A DNA stretch of 64,000 nucleotides from an uncultured Actinomycetota bacterium (GTDB lineage Bacteria > Actinomycetota > Actinomycetes > JACCUZ01): positions 78,303-142,302 of the forward strand of contig CAVWQZ010000007.1 of the NCBI GenBank assembly GCA_963757295.1, read 5' to 3'. Of this stretch, positions 63,257-64,000 are shown piece after piece; within the stretch, counting starts at the first letter, position 1; each line of letters opens with the position of its first letter. A program made the position numbers and the translations under genes. The notes beneath the pieces were generated by a model, which did no database searches, was not told the origin of the DNA, and saw only the letters and a program-made list of their open reading frames with translations.

Positions 63257-64000
63257 ATGAGCCGCACGACGTTCGACCACGTCGCGACGGAGTACGACGC
63301 CGCGCGTCCCGACTACCCCGCAAGCCTGTACGACGTGCTGGAGTCAGCGCTCGGGCAGCCGCTGCTGCGGGCGGACGTGCTCGACGTCGGAGCCGGCACC
63401 GGCATCGCGACCCGGGCCCTGGCCGGCCGGGGCGCCCGCGTCGTCGCAGTCGACCCGGGGCCGGTCGTGCTCGGGCTGCTGCGGTCCCGCTCCACCTCGC
63501 GGGTCCGCCCGGTGCTCGGCGACGGCAACGACCTGCCGCTGCGCGACGGCAGCGTCGACCTGGTCACCTACGCCCAGTCCTGGCACTGGACCGACCCGGT
63601 GCGCTCGGTCCCCGAGGCGGCGCGGGTCCTGCACGACCGCGGCGTCCTCGCGGTCTGGTGGAACTTCCTGATGGCCGACGGCGAACCGTGGTTCGAGGAC
63701 TTCACGGCCCGCAACGAGGCGAGTACGCCGACCTACCACCGCAGTCACCGCGGCGTGGACTACGGCGTTCCGATGCGCGAGAGCGGGCTGTTCGGCTGGG
63801 TCCAGCCGGTCGAGATCCCCTGGCAGCGGACGGTGTCGGTGGACGACTTCGTGACCGACCAGAGCAGCCACTCGCACGTGGCCGCCCAGCCCGCCGAGGA
63901 CAGGGACGCGCTCCTGGGCGACCTGCGCTCCGGCCTGCTGGACGCGTTCCCCGACGGCGTCGCTGAGCTGCCCTACGTGACCCGGGTGTGGGTGTGCCGG
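63257..64000 (+). CDS. class I SAM-dependent methyltransferase, 3'-partial (runs off the window; absent from the ORF track)
   Basis: ATG 63257, open through 64000. MSRTTFDHVATEYDAARPDYPASLYDVL...VLDVGAGTGIATRALAGRGARVVAVDPG...DGSVDLVTYAQSWHW... Confidence 0.8.
   Translation, partial: MSRTTFDHVATEYDAARPDYPASLYDVLESALGQPLLRADVLDVGAGTGIATRALAGRGARVVAVDPGPVVLGLLRSRSTSRVRPVLGDGNDLPLRDGSVDLVTYAQSWHWTDPVRSVPEAARVLHDRGVLAVWWNFLMADGEPWFEDFTARNEASTPTYHRSHRGVDYGVPMRESGLFGWVQPVEIPWQRTVSVDDFVTDQSSHSHVAAQPAEDRDALLGDLRSGLLDAFPDGVAELPYVTRVWVCR

Overview
This is a very GC-rich actinobacterial chromosomal segment. The proteins look Nocardioides/Propionibacteriales-like, but the taxon cannot be proven from the sequence alone.

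**Backbone.** The window carries the conserved housekeeping block known from M. tuberculosis Rv3628-Rv3585: ppa, dacB, a DUF2342 Zn-metalloprotease, tilS, hpt, ftsH, folE-folP-(NTF2-like)-folB-folK-DUF3180, a YdbS/YdbT-like PH-domain pair, DUF2520, panC, coaX, lysS, lsr2, clpC1, mutY, disA and radA.

**Variable islets between backbone genes.**
- FGE, a repeat-rich lipoprotein, a cation/proton antiporter, a large M14 peptidase and an MMPL transporter (1.8-11.2 kb).
- An AlkZ/YcaQ-like gene, an Opu-type betaine ABC transporter, VOC, DUF1684 and an orphan NuoD paralog (25-33 kb).
- P450, a 7-TM protein, two Ddn-like F420 reductases, a low-GC3 hypothetical, idi and a MidA-like methyltransferase (35-41 kb).
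- An orphan cheB-cheR(TPR)-cheW trio (51.5-54.4 kb).
- Two genes that split the usual radA-disA pair (57.6-59.4 kb).

I found no rRNA, tRNA, CRISPR array, transposase or integrase.

**Dominant technical feature.** By hand reading there are roughly 55-60 reading-frame breaks plus one in-frame TGA. They hit essential single-copy genes (tilS, ppa, folP, panC, the ftsH tail) and are densest at about 6.2-19 kb, most extreme at 11.5-13.2 kb. I read these as indel errors in the assembly rather than biology. Gene coordinates are therefore reconstructed spans stitched from several track ORFs, and start codons are approximate.

**Novel system.** No clear-cut novel system is demonstrable from sequence alone. 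The best candidates are the orphan CheB/CheR/CheW module, the ydbST-coupled P450/7-TM/Ddn/idi islet and the stand-alone NuoD paralog.
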